A stretch of 64,000 nt of DNA from an uncultured delta proteobacterium (GTDB lineage Bacteria > Desulfobacterota > Desulfomonilia > UBA1062). The notes beneath the pieces were generated by a model. That model searched no databases and was not told the DNA's origin. It was given only the letters and a program-made list of their open reading frames with translations. Positions 44,201 to 52,707 of the stretch are shown here, one piece after another. The translations under genes were made by a program, and so were the position numbers. The stretch is taken from contig CAWCTR010000009.1 of the NCBI GenBank assembly GCA_963798485.1, forward strand, positions 1 through 64,000, written 5' to 3'. Positions within the stretch are counted from its first letter, which is position 1. Every line of letters begins with the position of its first letter.

Positions 44201-44425
44201 GTCCAGGCCGGTCATCTTCTGCTCAATGATCTGAGTCACACTGTTTTCCACTGTCTCTGCCGAGGCCCCGGGGTAAGAGGAATCAATGGCGATGGACGGT
44301 GGAGCAATGGGCGGATACTGAGATATGGGCAGGTTATAGATGGCCAGCCCGCCCAGCACCATCATGATAATGGCGATGACCCAGGCAAAGACAGGACGAT
44401 CCAGAAAGAACCTCGATAGCATCAT
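41246..44425 (-). CDS. HAE1 RND permease (AcrB/MexB-like)
   Basis: RPVFAWVIAI, GLLVDDAIVVVENVER, RLRPIVMTS. Confidence 0.96.
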   Translation of the reverse strand: MMLSRFFLDRPVFAWVIAIIMMVLGGLAIYNLPISQYPPIAPPSIAIDSSYPGASAETVENSVTQIIEQKMTGLDDMLYLSGTSDSSGASDIQLTFKPGTDPNIAWAKVQNKLQLAMASLPQVVQQMGVQVSKSTRNYLIIVGLISEDGSMDGNDLRDYAQSNLEKVLARVSGVGDITEFGSQYAMRVWLNPDKLTDYHLTVDDVVQALQAYNVEVSAGQFGAAPAVKGQRLNVSIIVQNLLQTPAEFAAVPLHTNPDGSIVRVKDVGRTELGTETYDMQNFYNGKPAAGMAIRLEPGANALDTANRIKNKLEEMRHYFPPGMKVVYPYDTTPFVKVAIEEVVKTLFEAILLVFLVMWLFMGNIRATLIPTIAVPVVILGTFAVLGVFGFTINMLTMFAMVLAIGLLVDDAIVVVENVERIMSEEGLPPKEATAKSMDQITSALIGIGLVLSAVFGPMAFFGGSTGVIYRQFSVTIAAAMLLSVAVALILTPVLCASILKPVAKGHEAAEGAVFFLRPFFLWFDRVFFGVRNQYVKLVGHALSRKLRYLAVFVLIVAGLGFLFTKMPTSYLPDEDQGILLAQVLLPTGATLEQTQAVEVDVQHYFLEDEKDAVDSCMTIAGSGFSGRAQNNGMVFVKLKDWKLRDRPDLKVKAVAGRAMAALSRTRKAIVFVFPPPPVIEMGNATGFDFQLLDRGGLGHAALMSARNQLLGMAAKDPRLVRVRPNGMEDVPQYRVDVDWEKAGAQGLPITSIYDTISAAFGGAYVNNFIQGGRVKRVYTQADAPYRMLPKDLEKLYVRNTAGNMVPFTSFASTRWTNGSPRLERFNGFSSLDIWGEPAPGRSSGEAMQAMEEIVSKLPQGIGFDWNALSYQERMTRSQAGPLYVFSILVIFLCLAALYESWPIPIAILLVLPLGAIGGVIGSTLRGLPNDVYFQIGLLTTLGLTTKNAILIVQFAKARVEQGMGLIEATLEAAKLRLRPIVMTSLAFGFGVLPLALNTGAGAGAMNAIGTSVLGGMITGTILVVVFAPLFYVLIEKTFGKQRKHESAGTAGVNLSGGDQ

Positions 44426-44434
44426 GCGCCTCCG

Positions 44435-45649
44435 TCAATTCGATTTTGCAGGTAGTCGGGCCGCATTCTTACGTTCCCCGCTGTTTTTTCCTCTACCTGC
44501 ATCAAAAGGAACAACCTTCACAGAAGCGCCGGGTTTCACCTTCTGCATCCCCTCGACGATGATCCGCTCGCCGGCAGCAAGACCCGAGGCTACCAACCAC
44601 TGGTCGCCGATGGCCCGGTCGAGCGTAGGCTGACGCTTTTGGACTTTACCTTCGGCATCCACGATCAGCACGAGAGGGTTCCCCTTGGGATCGCGGGACA
44701 CGGCCTGCTGAGGAATGAGGATGGCCTTTCTATTGACACCTTCCTGCAACACAGCCCGTACGAACATGCCCGGAAGAAGGACGTCCTTGGGGTTGGGAAA
44801 GACAGCCCGCAAGATAACGGTCCCGGTGGATTGGTCCACCGTGACGTCGCGAAACTGCAATGTCCCCTCCAGGGGATACGCCGTACCATCATCCAAAATG
44901 AGTTTGACCTTTTTCTGATTTGGTCCGCTCTGATCCAGATGGTCACTCTCCATGCCGTACTCCAGTCGCAGCAGTTCGCCAGTGGATTGTGGAACGTCCA
45001 CGTAAATGGGGTCGAACTGTTGAATAGTCGCCAGGGGCGTAGGCTGATTTGCCGTCACCAGAGCGCCTTCAGTCACATTAGATTTACCAGTACGGCCGGA
45101 AATGGGCGCGGTGACACGGGTATACCCCAGGTTGATGCGGGCGGATTCCACCGACGCCTTCCAAAATTTAATATCAGCCTCAGCCTGCCTGAAGGCGGAG
45201 TCCGCATCGTCGAAGTCCTGCTGGCTCACGGCTTTGTCGGCAAGTAAATCATGGTAACGTCCAGCCCTTGATCGAATGGAGGGAAGATTGGCTTCCGCCT
45301 TGGCAAGGGAGGCCATGGCACTGTCGTATGCTGCCTGAAACGGGGCGGGATCAATCCGGTAAAGGACCGCGCCAGCCTTGACGCCTGAGCCCTCGTTGAA
45401 TAGGCGTTTCTGAATGATGCCACTGATCTGCGGGCGAACCTCTGCGACCAGGTATGCGGACGTTCGGCCCGGAAGCTCGGTGGTTAACGATAACGGCTGC
45501 TCTTTGACAGTCATCGTAACCACTTCCGGAGGGGGGGGTGACGATTGGGCTTTCTGCCGGCTGCATGCATCTAACAGGAATGCGCATACCAGAATAAACA
45601 GAAGAAAGGATGTGGTGATTCGATCGAGTTTTGTACGGGACTTCATCAT
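44435..45649 (-). CDS. RND periplasmic adaptor (AcrA/MexA-like)
   Basis: Lipobox, ELPGRTSAYLVAEVRPQ, APISGR. Confidence 0.95.
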   Translation of the reverse strand: MMKSRTKLDRITTSFLLFILVCAFLLDACSRQKAQSSPPPPEVVTMTVKEQPLSLTTELPGRTSAYLVAEVRPQISGIIQKRLFNEGSGVKAGAVLYRIDPAPFQAAYDSAMASLAKAEANLPSIRSRAGRYHDLLADKAVSQQDFDDADSAFRQAEADIKFWKASVESARINLGYTRVTAPISGRTGKSNVTEGALVTANQPTPLATIQQFDPIYVDVPQSTGELLRLEYGMESDHLDQSGPNQKKVKLILDDGTAYPLEGTLQFRDVTVDQSTGTVILRAVFPNPKDVLLPGMFVRAVLQEGVNRKAILIPQQAVSRDPKGNPLVLIVDAEGKVQKRQPTLDRAIGDQWLVASGLAAGERIIVEGMQKVKPGASVKVVPFDAGRGKNSGERKNAARLPAKSN

Positions 45650-45707
45650 GTACCTCCGACTCTTTCAATTACACAAACTTCCTGGGAGACCGAAACACCG
45701 CGCTGAA

Positions 45708-46334
45708 TCACTGGTCCACCAGGCCTTTGAAAAGGATGTTCAAGACAGCATCCGGATCTTCCGGGTAAGGATGTCGTTCGGGCGCTTCAAGCCAAAGGAT
45801 AAGGATGGCATTGGTGATGCTCTGGAGGGCTACGGCCAAGGAGTAAGGGTCGGCGATTCCCTTGAATCGGTTCCTTTCAATCCCACTGGCAAAGACTGAA
45901 GCGATGGTCTGTGTAACCTCGTTTTGCATCTCACGAATTTCAGAATCCAGTCCCGCCATGGGATTGAAGCTCGCCCCCTGAGTCTCTGCAAAAAAGAGAC
46001 GGATCGCCGAAACGTTGGTTCGGAAAACATCGCCTTTGACCCTGACAAATTCTCGGAGTTTTTCGATCTCGTCCTCTTTTGCTTCTATCGCCCTCATGAG
46101 TTCAATATGGAATCTATTGGCCAGTTCGAGCATAAGGACTTTATAGAGGTCTTCTTTGTTCTTAAATAATTTATAGAGCGTGCCTAGGGCAAACTCAGCT
46201 TTTCCGGCGATCTCGTGCATTGTGACGTTGTGGTATCCCTTCTCCGAGAACAGGCTTAAGGCCGCTTCCAACATCTCTTGCCGTTGCCACGCCTTCTCCC
46301 TTTCTCTCCTTGGAAGCTTCATTTCTTCAACCAT
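45708..46334 (-). CDS. TetR/AcrR regulator
   Basis: AALSLFSEKGYHNVTMHEIA...GTLYKLFKNKEDL. Confidence 0.92.
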   Translation of the reverse strand: MVEEMKLPRREREKAWQRQEMLEAALSLFSEKGYHNVTMHEIAGKAEFALGTLYKLFKNKEDLYKVLMLELANRFHIELMRAIEAKEDEIEKLREFVRVKGDVFRTNVSAIRLFFAETQGASFNPMAGLDSEIREMQNEVTQTIASVFASGIERNRFKGIADPYSLAVALQSITNAILILWLEAPERHPYPEDPDAVLNILFKGLVDQ

Positions 46335-46585
46335 ACGATCTCCTGCCGTGAAGCATCCATCTTTAATATGAATGTTATGTCATTTATTAGAACGGTATAT
46401 CACATCAGTCAACATCATATAGAAATATATATCGAGATGGGATTCTATAATGGAAAAGATTACATTGTCTTATTGTTATATTATACAAATAATTATACAC
46501 AACCCATGGATACGGTAACCAATGGTTGCAATAATCACAAGAATGCTTAACATTAAAATATAACATGACCATAGGAGGTTGAATA

Positions 46586-47611
46586 ATGCGCTACATCCCC
46601 TTGGGCAAGACAGGTATCACGGTATCCGAGGTGGGTTTTGGGGGCATTCCCATAATCCGCCTCGACGAAGACAAAGCCGTGAGAGTACTGCGCAGGGCTT
46701 ATGAGTCGGGAATAACCATGTACGACACGGCCAATGCCTACCTTGATAGTGAAAAGAAGATCGGACGTGCCTTGGGAGATGTGCGGGACAAGGTCATACT
46801 TGCCACCAAGACGGGTCACAGAGACGCACCTGGTGCTGTTGAACAACTGGAGAACTCTCTTCGCTTGATGAAGACGGATTATATAGACATATACCAGCTG
46901 CATCAGATAGCCCATGAAAGAGATTGGGATATCGTTACCGGACCAGGCGGTGCGATGGAGGCCTTAATCAAGGCAAAGGAACAGGGCAAGATCAGATACA
47001 TCGGGGTTACTTCGCATAGCCTCTCAATGGCGGTGAGGCTTGTTAAAACAGGCATGTTCAGCACCGTGCAATTTCCGTTCAACTTCATAGAGGATGCTGC
47101 TAAACACGAGCTCCACATTGCTGCGCGTGAACGCGGGATGGGGATCCTTGCCATGAAACCTTTTGCCGGAGGGATGATCGACAATGCCGGAATTGCTTTC
47201 AAGTTCCTACGGGAACACCCCGATGTCATAGCCCTGCCGGGTTTCGATTCATCAGAAAGGGTTGATGAAATTGTCTCTTTCTACCGGCAGCCGAACACGG
47301 TGACGGAAGAAGACCTCAAGCTCATGGAAAAATATCGCATTGAGCTGGGTAAGCAGTTTTGCCGGAGGTGTGAATACTGCCAGCCGTGCCCTCAAGGTGT
47401 AATGATCACCGTGGCCATGGGCTATAAGGTGATTGCATCCAGGATGTCGCCCCGGGTCGCAGTCGAATTTTCCAAGATCCCCATGGAAAGCGTTTCATTG
47501 TGCACGGAATGCAGGGAATGTGTCGACCGCTGCCCCTATGAGCTGCCGATCCCGGATATGCTCAAGGTGCATTACGACCTATACGAACAGCACAAGGCAG
47601 AAAACAAATGA
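46586..47611 (+). CDS. Aldo/keto reductase with C-terminal 4Fe-4S domain
   Basis: GFGGIPI, DTANAY, CRRCEYCQPCP, CTECRECVDRCP. Confidence 0.92.
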   Translation: MRYIPLGKTGITVSEVGFGGIPIIRLDEDKAVRVLRRAYESGITMYDTANAYLDSEKKIGRALGDVRDKVILATKTGHRDAPGAVEQLENSLRLMKTDYIDIYQLHQIAHERDWDIVTGPGGAMEALIKAKEQGKIRYIGVTSHSLSMAVRLVKTGMFSTVQFPFNFIEDAAKHELHIAARERGMGILAMKPFAGGMIDNAGIAFKFLREHPDVIALPGFDSSERVDEIVSFYRQPNTVTEEDLKLMEKYRIELGKQFCRRCEYCQPCPQGVMITVAMGYKVIASRMSPRVAVEFSKIPMESVSLCTECRECVDRCPYELPIPDMLKVHYDLYEQHKAENK

Positions 47612-47694
47612 GAAGATGCATCAAGGACCTTGCTGAGAATCCGATCTCGTCCTGGATTCAGGCAATCAAATTGATCAGCTAAGATTAAGGCATT

Positions 47695-48153
47695 CTATGT
47701 ATTTCCCCCAAGGCTTACTACAAACTGCCTGCCGAGTTCGTAGCATGTTCTCTTTGCTTCCTCATTTATTGGTCGTCCGAATTCAGCCGTTTCACCTACT
47801 CTCGTAAAGAATCTCTGAGCAAAAGAGTCCAGTGGCTGCCTCACTTTTCCACCGCCTCCATGAGATGTAAAGAGAACAGCCGGTTTCCCTTTTACAGGTT
47901 CGCCTGATTGGTCCCAAAGATACATATCGTCAAAAAAAGTCTTGATGGTACCAGCAGGGTACGAGAAATAATCAGGCGTACCAAGAGCGACCGCATCGGC
48001 TGACATGAATTCCTTCATAGTTACCCGATGTTCATTTGTGTTAATGAGCTCCACATCGGCACCAGCTTCTCGAACTCCATCCGCAAGGGCTTCTGCGAGT
48101 ATTTTTGTGTTTCCAAATTGCTGGCTATGATAAATGACGAGGATTTTTTTCAT
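47695..48153 (-). CDS. Flavodoxin-like (WrbA-type) protein
   Basis: YHSQQFGNTKILA, GTPDYF. Confidence 0.85.
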   Translation of the reverse strand: MKKILVIYHSQQFGNTKILAEALADGVREAGADVELINTNEHRVTMKEFMSADAVALGTPDYFSYPAGTIKTFFDDMYLWDQSGEPVKGKPAVLFTSHGGGGKVRQPLDSFAQRFFTRVGETAEFGRPINEEAKRTCYELGRQFVVSLGGNT

Positions 48154-48323
48154 ATTGTAACCTCCGGTCAGATGAATAATATATACCATACTCTAAGTTG
48201 AGAAAGTGTATGAAAATCTTAAGGAGATAGTTGATCCTAAACATGAATTTACGTCCTTATTGAGATGTAATCCGGGCTCAAATTATAGGATACCTGATAC
48301 AGCACGTGGTTATAGAAACAGCC

Positions 48324-48359
48324 TTGACAACAACTCCTTTTTATACTTAGATTATCTAA
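48324..48359 (+). promoter_or_regulatory. Promoter with overlapping MarR operator
   Basis: TTGACA, 18 bp, TAGATT, overlapped by palindrome TTAGAT-T-ATCTAA (48347-48359). Confidence 0.65.
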
Positions 48360-48379
48360 TAATTAGAAAAGGAAACTAT

Positions 48380-48835
48380 ATGTCCATTTCACCCACAGGA
48401 ACAGCCCATGAAGTTTTAGAAGTAGTGCCGCTGGTGATGCGAACAGTCCGTACCCAGATGCGTAGCTCCCGTTCGTTCAATCTTTCTGTGCCTCAGTTCC
48501 GGACTCTCGGCTTTGTAAACCGCCACCCCGGAACATCGTTATCGGATGTAGCGGAACATGTGGGTCTGACCTTGCCTTCTATGTGCAAACTAATTGACGG
48601 CCTTGTGAAACGTAAACTCATAGCACGCCGGAGCCATCCAAGCGATCGACGCCGCATAACCCTTGACCTCTCCAGCAAAGGCGGTGCACTGCTCCAGTCG
48701 GCCCGGGAATCTACGCAGGAATCGCTCGCAGAGAGGCTCTCTGCGCTTCATGAAGATGACCGGGTGACGATTGTACATGCTATGCAAATTCTCCACCGGC
48801 TATTCGCACCTACGGACTTAAGGGGGCAGCCATGA
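48380..48835 (+). CDS. MarR family regulator
   Basis: LSVPQFRTL, SLSDVAEHVG, DRRRITL. Confidence 0.9.
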   Translation: MSISPTGTAHEVLEVVPLVMRTVRTQMRSSRSFNLSVPQFRTLGFVNRHPGTSLSDVAEHVGLTLPSMCKLIDGLVKRKLIARRSHPSDRRRITLDLSSKGGALLQSARESTQESLAERLSALHEDDRVTIVHAMQILHRLFAPTDLRGQP

Positions 48836-49635
48836 CAATCCTGAGCATTAACCGACTTACCCGACGATTCGGGACGCTTGCCGCTGTAGATGATCTGACC
48901 CTTTCGGTTGAGGAAGGAGAAGTATTCGGGCTGCTCGGGCCGAATGGAGCCGGGAAAACAACTCTCATCAAAATGTTGACGACTCTGCTCCCGCCGACCT
49001 CGGGCAATGCTGAAATAGCAGGCTATGATATCCTTCGTCACTCCGGTGATGTACGTCGTATCATTGGTTATGTCCCCCAGATGCTTTCCGCTGACGGCAA
49101 TCTTACAGGATATGAAAATCTTCTCGTGTTTGCCAAGCTGTACAATATTCCGAGGGCCGAACGAAATAATCGCGTCCATGGGGCGCTGCAGCTCATGGAA
49201 CTTACCGATGCCGCAGACAAGATCGTCCGCACGTACTCGGGCGGTATGATCCGTCGGCTGGAAATAGCTCAATCCATGCTTCACAGACCGCGTCTGCTGT
49301 TTCTGGACGAACCCACCATTGGTCTTGATCCGCTGGCACGCGGGGCGGTATGGGAATATATTGAGCTCCTGCGGGCCGAATACGGAACCACTATCTTTTT
49401 GACCACACATTACATGGAAGAGGCTGATATCCTTTGTACCCGTATCTCGATCATGCACATGGGAAAGGTTGTTGTCACCGGGACCCCGGCAGAACTGAAG
49501 GAATCCATAGGGGCGGACGGCGCGACATTGGATCACGTCTTTGCCCACTATGCAGGGGCCGAACTTAAATCGGAAAATGGAAGGGGTTACCGTGAGGTCT
49601 CAAGAACAAGAAGGACTGCGCGGAGGCTTGGTTAG
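48832..49635 (+). CDS. ABC exporter ATPase (DrrA-like)
   Basis: GPNGAGKT, YSGGM, LDEPT. Confidence 0.93.
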   Translation: MTILSINRLTRRFGTLAAVDDLTLSVEEGEVFGLLGPNGAGKTTLIKMLTTLLPPTSGNAEIAGYDILRHSGDVRRIIGYVPQMLSADGNLTGYENLLVFAKLYNIPRAERNNRVHGALQLMELTDAADKIVRTYSGGMIRRLEIAQSMLHRPRLLFLDEPTIGLDPLARGAVWEYIELLRAEYGTTIFLTTHYMEEADILCTRISIMHMGKVVVTGTPAELKESIGADGATLDHVFAHYAGAELKSENGRGYREVSRTRRTARRLG

Positions 49636-49636
49636 T

Positions 49637-50443
49637 ATGTCCGGGTCGGTATGGATGGACGTGATATCATGCATCTTCAATTTTATTGATAAAACCTTCG
49701 TGATTGCAGAGGTTGAAGTACGAAAACTACGGCATGACTACTTTGAATTGATCACCCGCTCGATTCAGCCTATCCTATGGCTTCTCATCTTAGGGCAAGT
49801 CTTCAATCGTACGCACACGATACCTACAGGAAATTTATCCTATATCTCGTATATGGCACCCGGCATCCTGGCGCAGAGTGTTCTCTTCGTTGCGATATTC
49901 TTCGGTATCGCGATCATCTGGGAGAGGGATCTGGGAATTCTCCACAAGTTCCTGGCAAGCCCTACACCGCGTGCAGCACTTGTTTTGGGGAAAGCCCTCT
50001 CAGCGGGCGTGCGCGGTCTTTCACAGGCAGCCATTATCTATATCACATCCCTCCTGCTTGGAGTTCAGATGAACTGGAATATTCCTGCGATCGTTATAAT
50101 GTTAGCGATTGTGATCCTTGGTTCAGGTCTTTTCGCAACTTTTTCCCTGATCGTTGCCTGCATCGTGAAGACTCGCGACCGGTTCATGGGTATCGGTCAG
50201 ATTCTGACCATGCCGCTCTTTTTTGCCAGTAATGCACTTTATCCCATATCCATGATGCCTCATTGGCTGCAGTTTTTCTCCCGCATCAATCCACTGACAT
50301 ACGAAGTGGATGCATTGCGTGCATTGATGGTGAGTGGGGCGGTAAGTGCCTATGGCGTGGGTACGGATGTGGTCATTTTGCTCCTTTCATTAACTCTTCT
50401 CGTCGGAATCGGTGCGTGGATGTACCCGAAAATTGTGATTTGA
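49637..50443 (+). CDS. ABC-2 type permease
   Basis: APGILAQ, FFASNALYP, INPLTY. Confidence 0.92.
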   Translation: MSGSVWMDVISCIFNFIDKTFVIAEVEVRKLRHDYFELITRSIQPILWLLILGQVFNRTHTIPTGNLSYISYMAPGILAQSVLFVAIFFGIAIIWERDLGILHKFLASPTPRAALVLGKALSAGVRGLSQAAIIYITSLLLGVQMNWNIPAIVIMLAIVILGSGLFATFSLIVACIVKTRDRFMGIGQILTMPLFFASNALYPISMMPHWLQFFSRINPLTYEVDALRALMVSGAVSAYGVGTDVVILLLSLTLLVGIGAWMYPKIVI

Positions 50444-50568
50444 AAATGAAATGTGTCCCCCACAAATAGCTGGAATCAGTAAGGCTGCAACCGGGGGAAA
50501 GCCCGCGAAGATTGCTTTCAATTATTATCTGTACAGCAAGAGCTTACCTTAGGTAAAAAGAGATAGAC

Positions 50569-51843
50569 ATGCGAGTGCTCCTCATCTCCGCCAATACGGA
50601 ACAGATAAATATACTTCCCTTACCTCTCGGTCTGAATTGCGTTGCTGTGGCAACGCGAAACGCCGGGCATGAGGTGCAATTGCTTGACCTTATGGCCCAA
50701 AGGAATAACCGGTTGTCTGTCATGGAGGAACTTGAGGCCTTTCATCCCGAGGCAATAGGCATCTCCGTGAGGAACATCGACGACCAGAATATGAAAAACC
50801 CCAGATTCCTCCTGGATCACGTTAAAAAGGTGGTGGAAGACTGCCGGAGCCTTTCCTCTGCCCCTATCATTCTGGGAGGTGCAGGCTACAGTATATTTCC
50901 GGAAAGTGCCTTACAATATCTGGAAGCCGACATGGGGATACAGGGAGAAGGTGAGGCGGCATTCCCCATCCTTCTGGATCGGATCGAACGAGGTGTAGGC
51001 CTCTCGGGTGTGCCAGGGCTCTATGTACGGGGTCTCGGCCTCCAGGCGCAAAGGGAGTTTGTGGAAGATGCGGATGCATTACCTCTTCCTGATCCTCATA
51101 TTTCATCTCTCTCAGCCCCCGATTATCAAGAAATCTGGATGCCGGTTCAGACAAGGCGCGGCTGTCCCATGAACTGCAGTTTTTGCTCTACCGGGACTAT
51201 CGAGGGCCGTTCAATCAGGATGCGAAGCCCGGAGCTCGTCTTGAAGCAAATTGCCGGTCATGTCGACGTCGGCTTCCGGACGTTCTATTTTGTCGATAAC
51301 ACCTTCAATATTCCGCTGCATTATGCTAAAGAAATTTGCCGCAAGCTCATAGAAAGCCGGCTGAACATATCCTGGAGGTGCATCCTTTACCCCGGCATGG
51401 TTGATGAAGAGTTTGTCGAGCTTCTGGCAAAGGCCGGCTGCATAGAAGTCAGCCTGGGTTTTGAAAGCGGCTGCGAGCGAATCCTGCGCATGATGAACAA
51501 AAAATATGCTCCCAAGACCATTCTACGAACTTCCGAGATGCTTAAGGATGCCGGCATCAAGAGGATGGGATTCCTCCTCCTGGGAGGGCCCGGCGAAACA
51601 AAGGAGTCTGTTGAAGAGAGCCTCTCCTTTGCCGATTCGCTGCAGCTGGATGCATTAAAAGTAACTGTAGGCATCCGTATCTATCCTCACACGGCTTTAG
51701 CGAAAACCGCCATGGACGAAGGTTTGATCCTGACGGAAGAAGAGCTCCTTTTGCCGAGATTTTATATGGTTAAAGAACTTGATGACTGGCTGAACAATAC
51801 CATGAGCATGTGGATGGCTGACCGGCCTCATTGGATGCATTAA
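50569..51843 (+). CDS. Cobalamin-dependent radical SAM protein
   Basis: PLGL, GISVRNID, RGCPMNCSFC. Confidence 0.9.
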   Translation: MRVLLISANTEQINILPLPLGLNCVAVATRNAGHEVQLLDLMAQRNNRLSVMEELEAFHPEAIGISVRNIDDQNMKNPRFLLDHVKKVVEDCRSLSSAPIILGGAGYSIFPESALQYLEADMGIQGEGEAAFPILLDRIERGVGLSGVPGLYVRGLGLQAQREFVEDADALPLPDPHISSLSAPDYQEIWMPVQTRRGCPMNCSFCSTGTIEGRSIRMRSPELVLKQIAGHVDVGFRTFYFVDNTFNIPLHYAKEICRKLIESRLNISWRCILYPGMVDEEFVELLAKAGCIEVSLGFESGCERILRMMNKKYAPKTILRTSEMLKDAGIKRMGFLLLGGPGETKESVEESLSFADSLQLDALKVTVGIRIYPHTALAKTAMDEGLILTEEELLLPRFYMVKELDDWLNNTMSMWMADRPHWMH

Positions 51844-51928
51844 GTTGAGCTTGAAACGAGACATGAGGTGTGATGAATCCCAATTGTCAATGCTGGTACA
51901 GGTGACAAAGATAATATCCATGAACTGA

Positions 51929-52222
51929 TCACTGCTCGCCCTTGCCGGTTCCCGACTCCTCAGAGGCATCCTGTCTGTCCAGCATCACCCTCACCTTTGG
52001 CGGCAGGTAAGTCATATCAGAATCGGTCTTCCCTATGGCCTCGAGGATCAGCCTGTTCTTCTCCCGGTATGGGGCATGCTCGTCGAAGATCACATGTACC
52101 CTGCCTTCCACCCGGCAGACCCCGCCTTTACGGTTGATCCTGTCTTCAATGACCTCGATCCCGGCTGAGGATGCCGTCTCGTAGAGCAACACGAAGAGTT
52201 CTCTATCCTTGCGATCGTACAT
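51929..52222 (-). CDS. Hypothetical protein
   Basis: KGGVCRVEG...YLPPKVR pattern; operon position. Confidence 0.6.
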   Translation of the reverse strand: MYDRKDRELFVLLYETASSAGIEVIEDRINRKGGVCRVEGRVHVIFDEHAPYREKNRLILEAIGKTDSDMTYLPPKVRVMLDRQDASEESGTGKGEQ

Positions 52223-52233
52223 ATCTTCGAGCG

Positions 52234-52596
52234 TCAGCTCCTTCCGAAATCATCTTCAAGGCGGACTATGTCGTCTTCGCCAAAGTACTCGCCCTGCTGG
52301 ACCTCTATAAATACCAGCGGCGTATCTCCTATATTCTCGATGCGGTGCTGCGCCCTTAAGGGGATATCAATGGAATCATTTGCGGCAAGCTTCACCTGTC
52401 TTCCATCTACGGAAACAAGCCCGCACCCGGAAACCACTACCCAGTGCTCGCTGCGCCTTTGATGATACTGGAGGCTCAGGCGCTTACCAGGCCGGACAGT
52501 GATCCGCTTGACCTTGTGGTCCTTCCGGTCATCCGAGAGCACCTCATAAAAGCCCCATGGCCTATGCTCTTCTTTCTTATGATTCTCCATGGTCAT
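52234..52596 (-). CDS. Mannose-6-phosphate isomerase type II C-terminal cupin
   Basis: RPWG, LSLQYH, EHWVVV, IEVQQGEYFGEDDIVR. Confidence 0.9.
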   Translation of the reverse strand: MTMENHKKEEHRPWGFYEVLSDDRKDHKVKRITVRPGKRLSLQYHQRRSEHWVVVSGCGLVSVDGRQVKLAANDSIDIPLRAQHRIENIGDTPLVFIEVQQGEYFGEDDIVRLEDDFGRS

Positions 52597-52641
52597 ACCC
52601 TTGTGGCGCACGATAGCGTCAGGCAGTGTTGTGATCAAGAA

Positions 52642-52674
52642 AAAAGAGGGGGTGCCTTGTGCACCCCCTCTTTT
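52642..52674 (-). terminator. Intrinsic terminator
   Basis: aaaagagggggtgc-cttgt-gcaccccctctttt. Confidence 0.75.
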
Positions 52675-52707
52675 GTGAGATTCAGGGTTGGAACTGTTTG
52701 TTGAAAG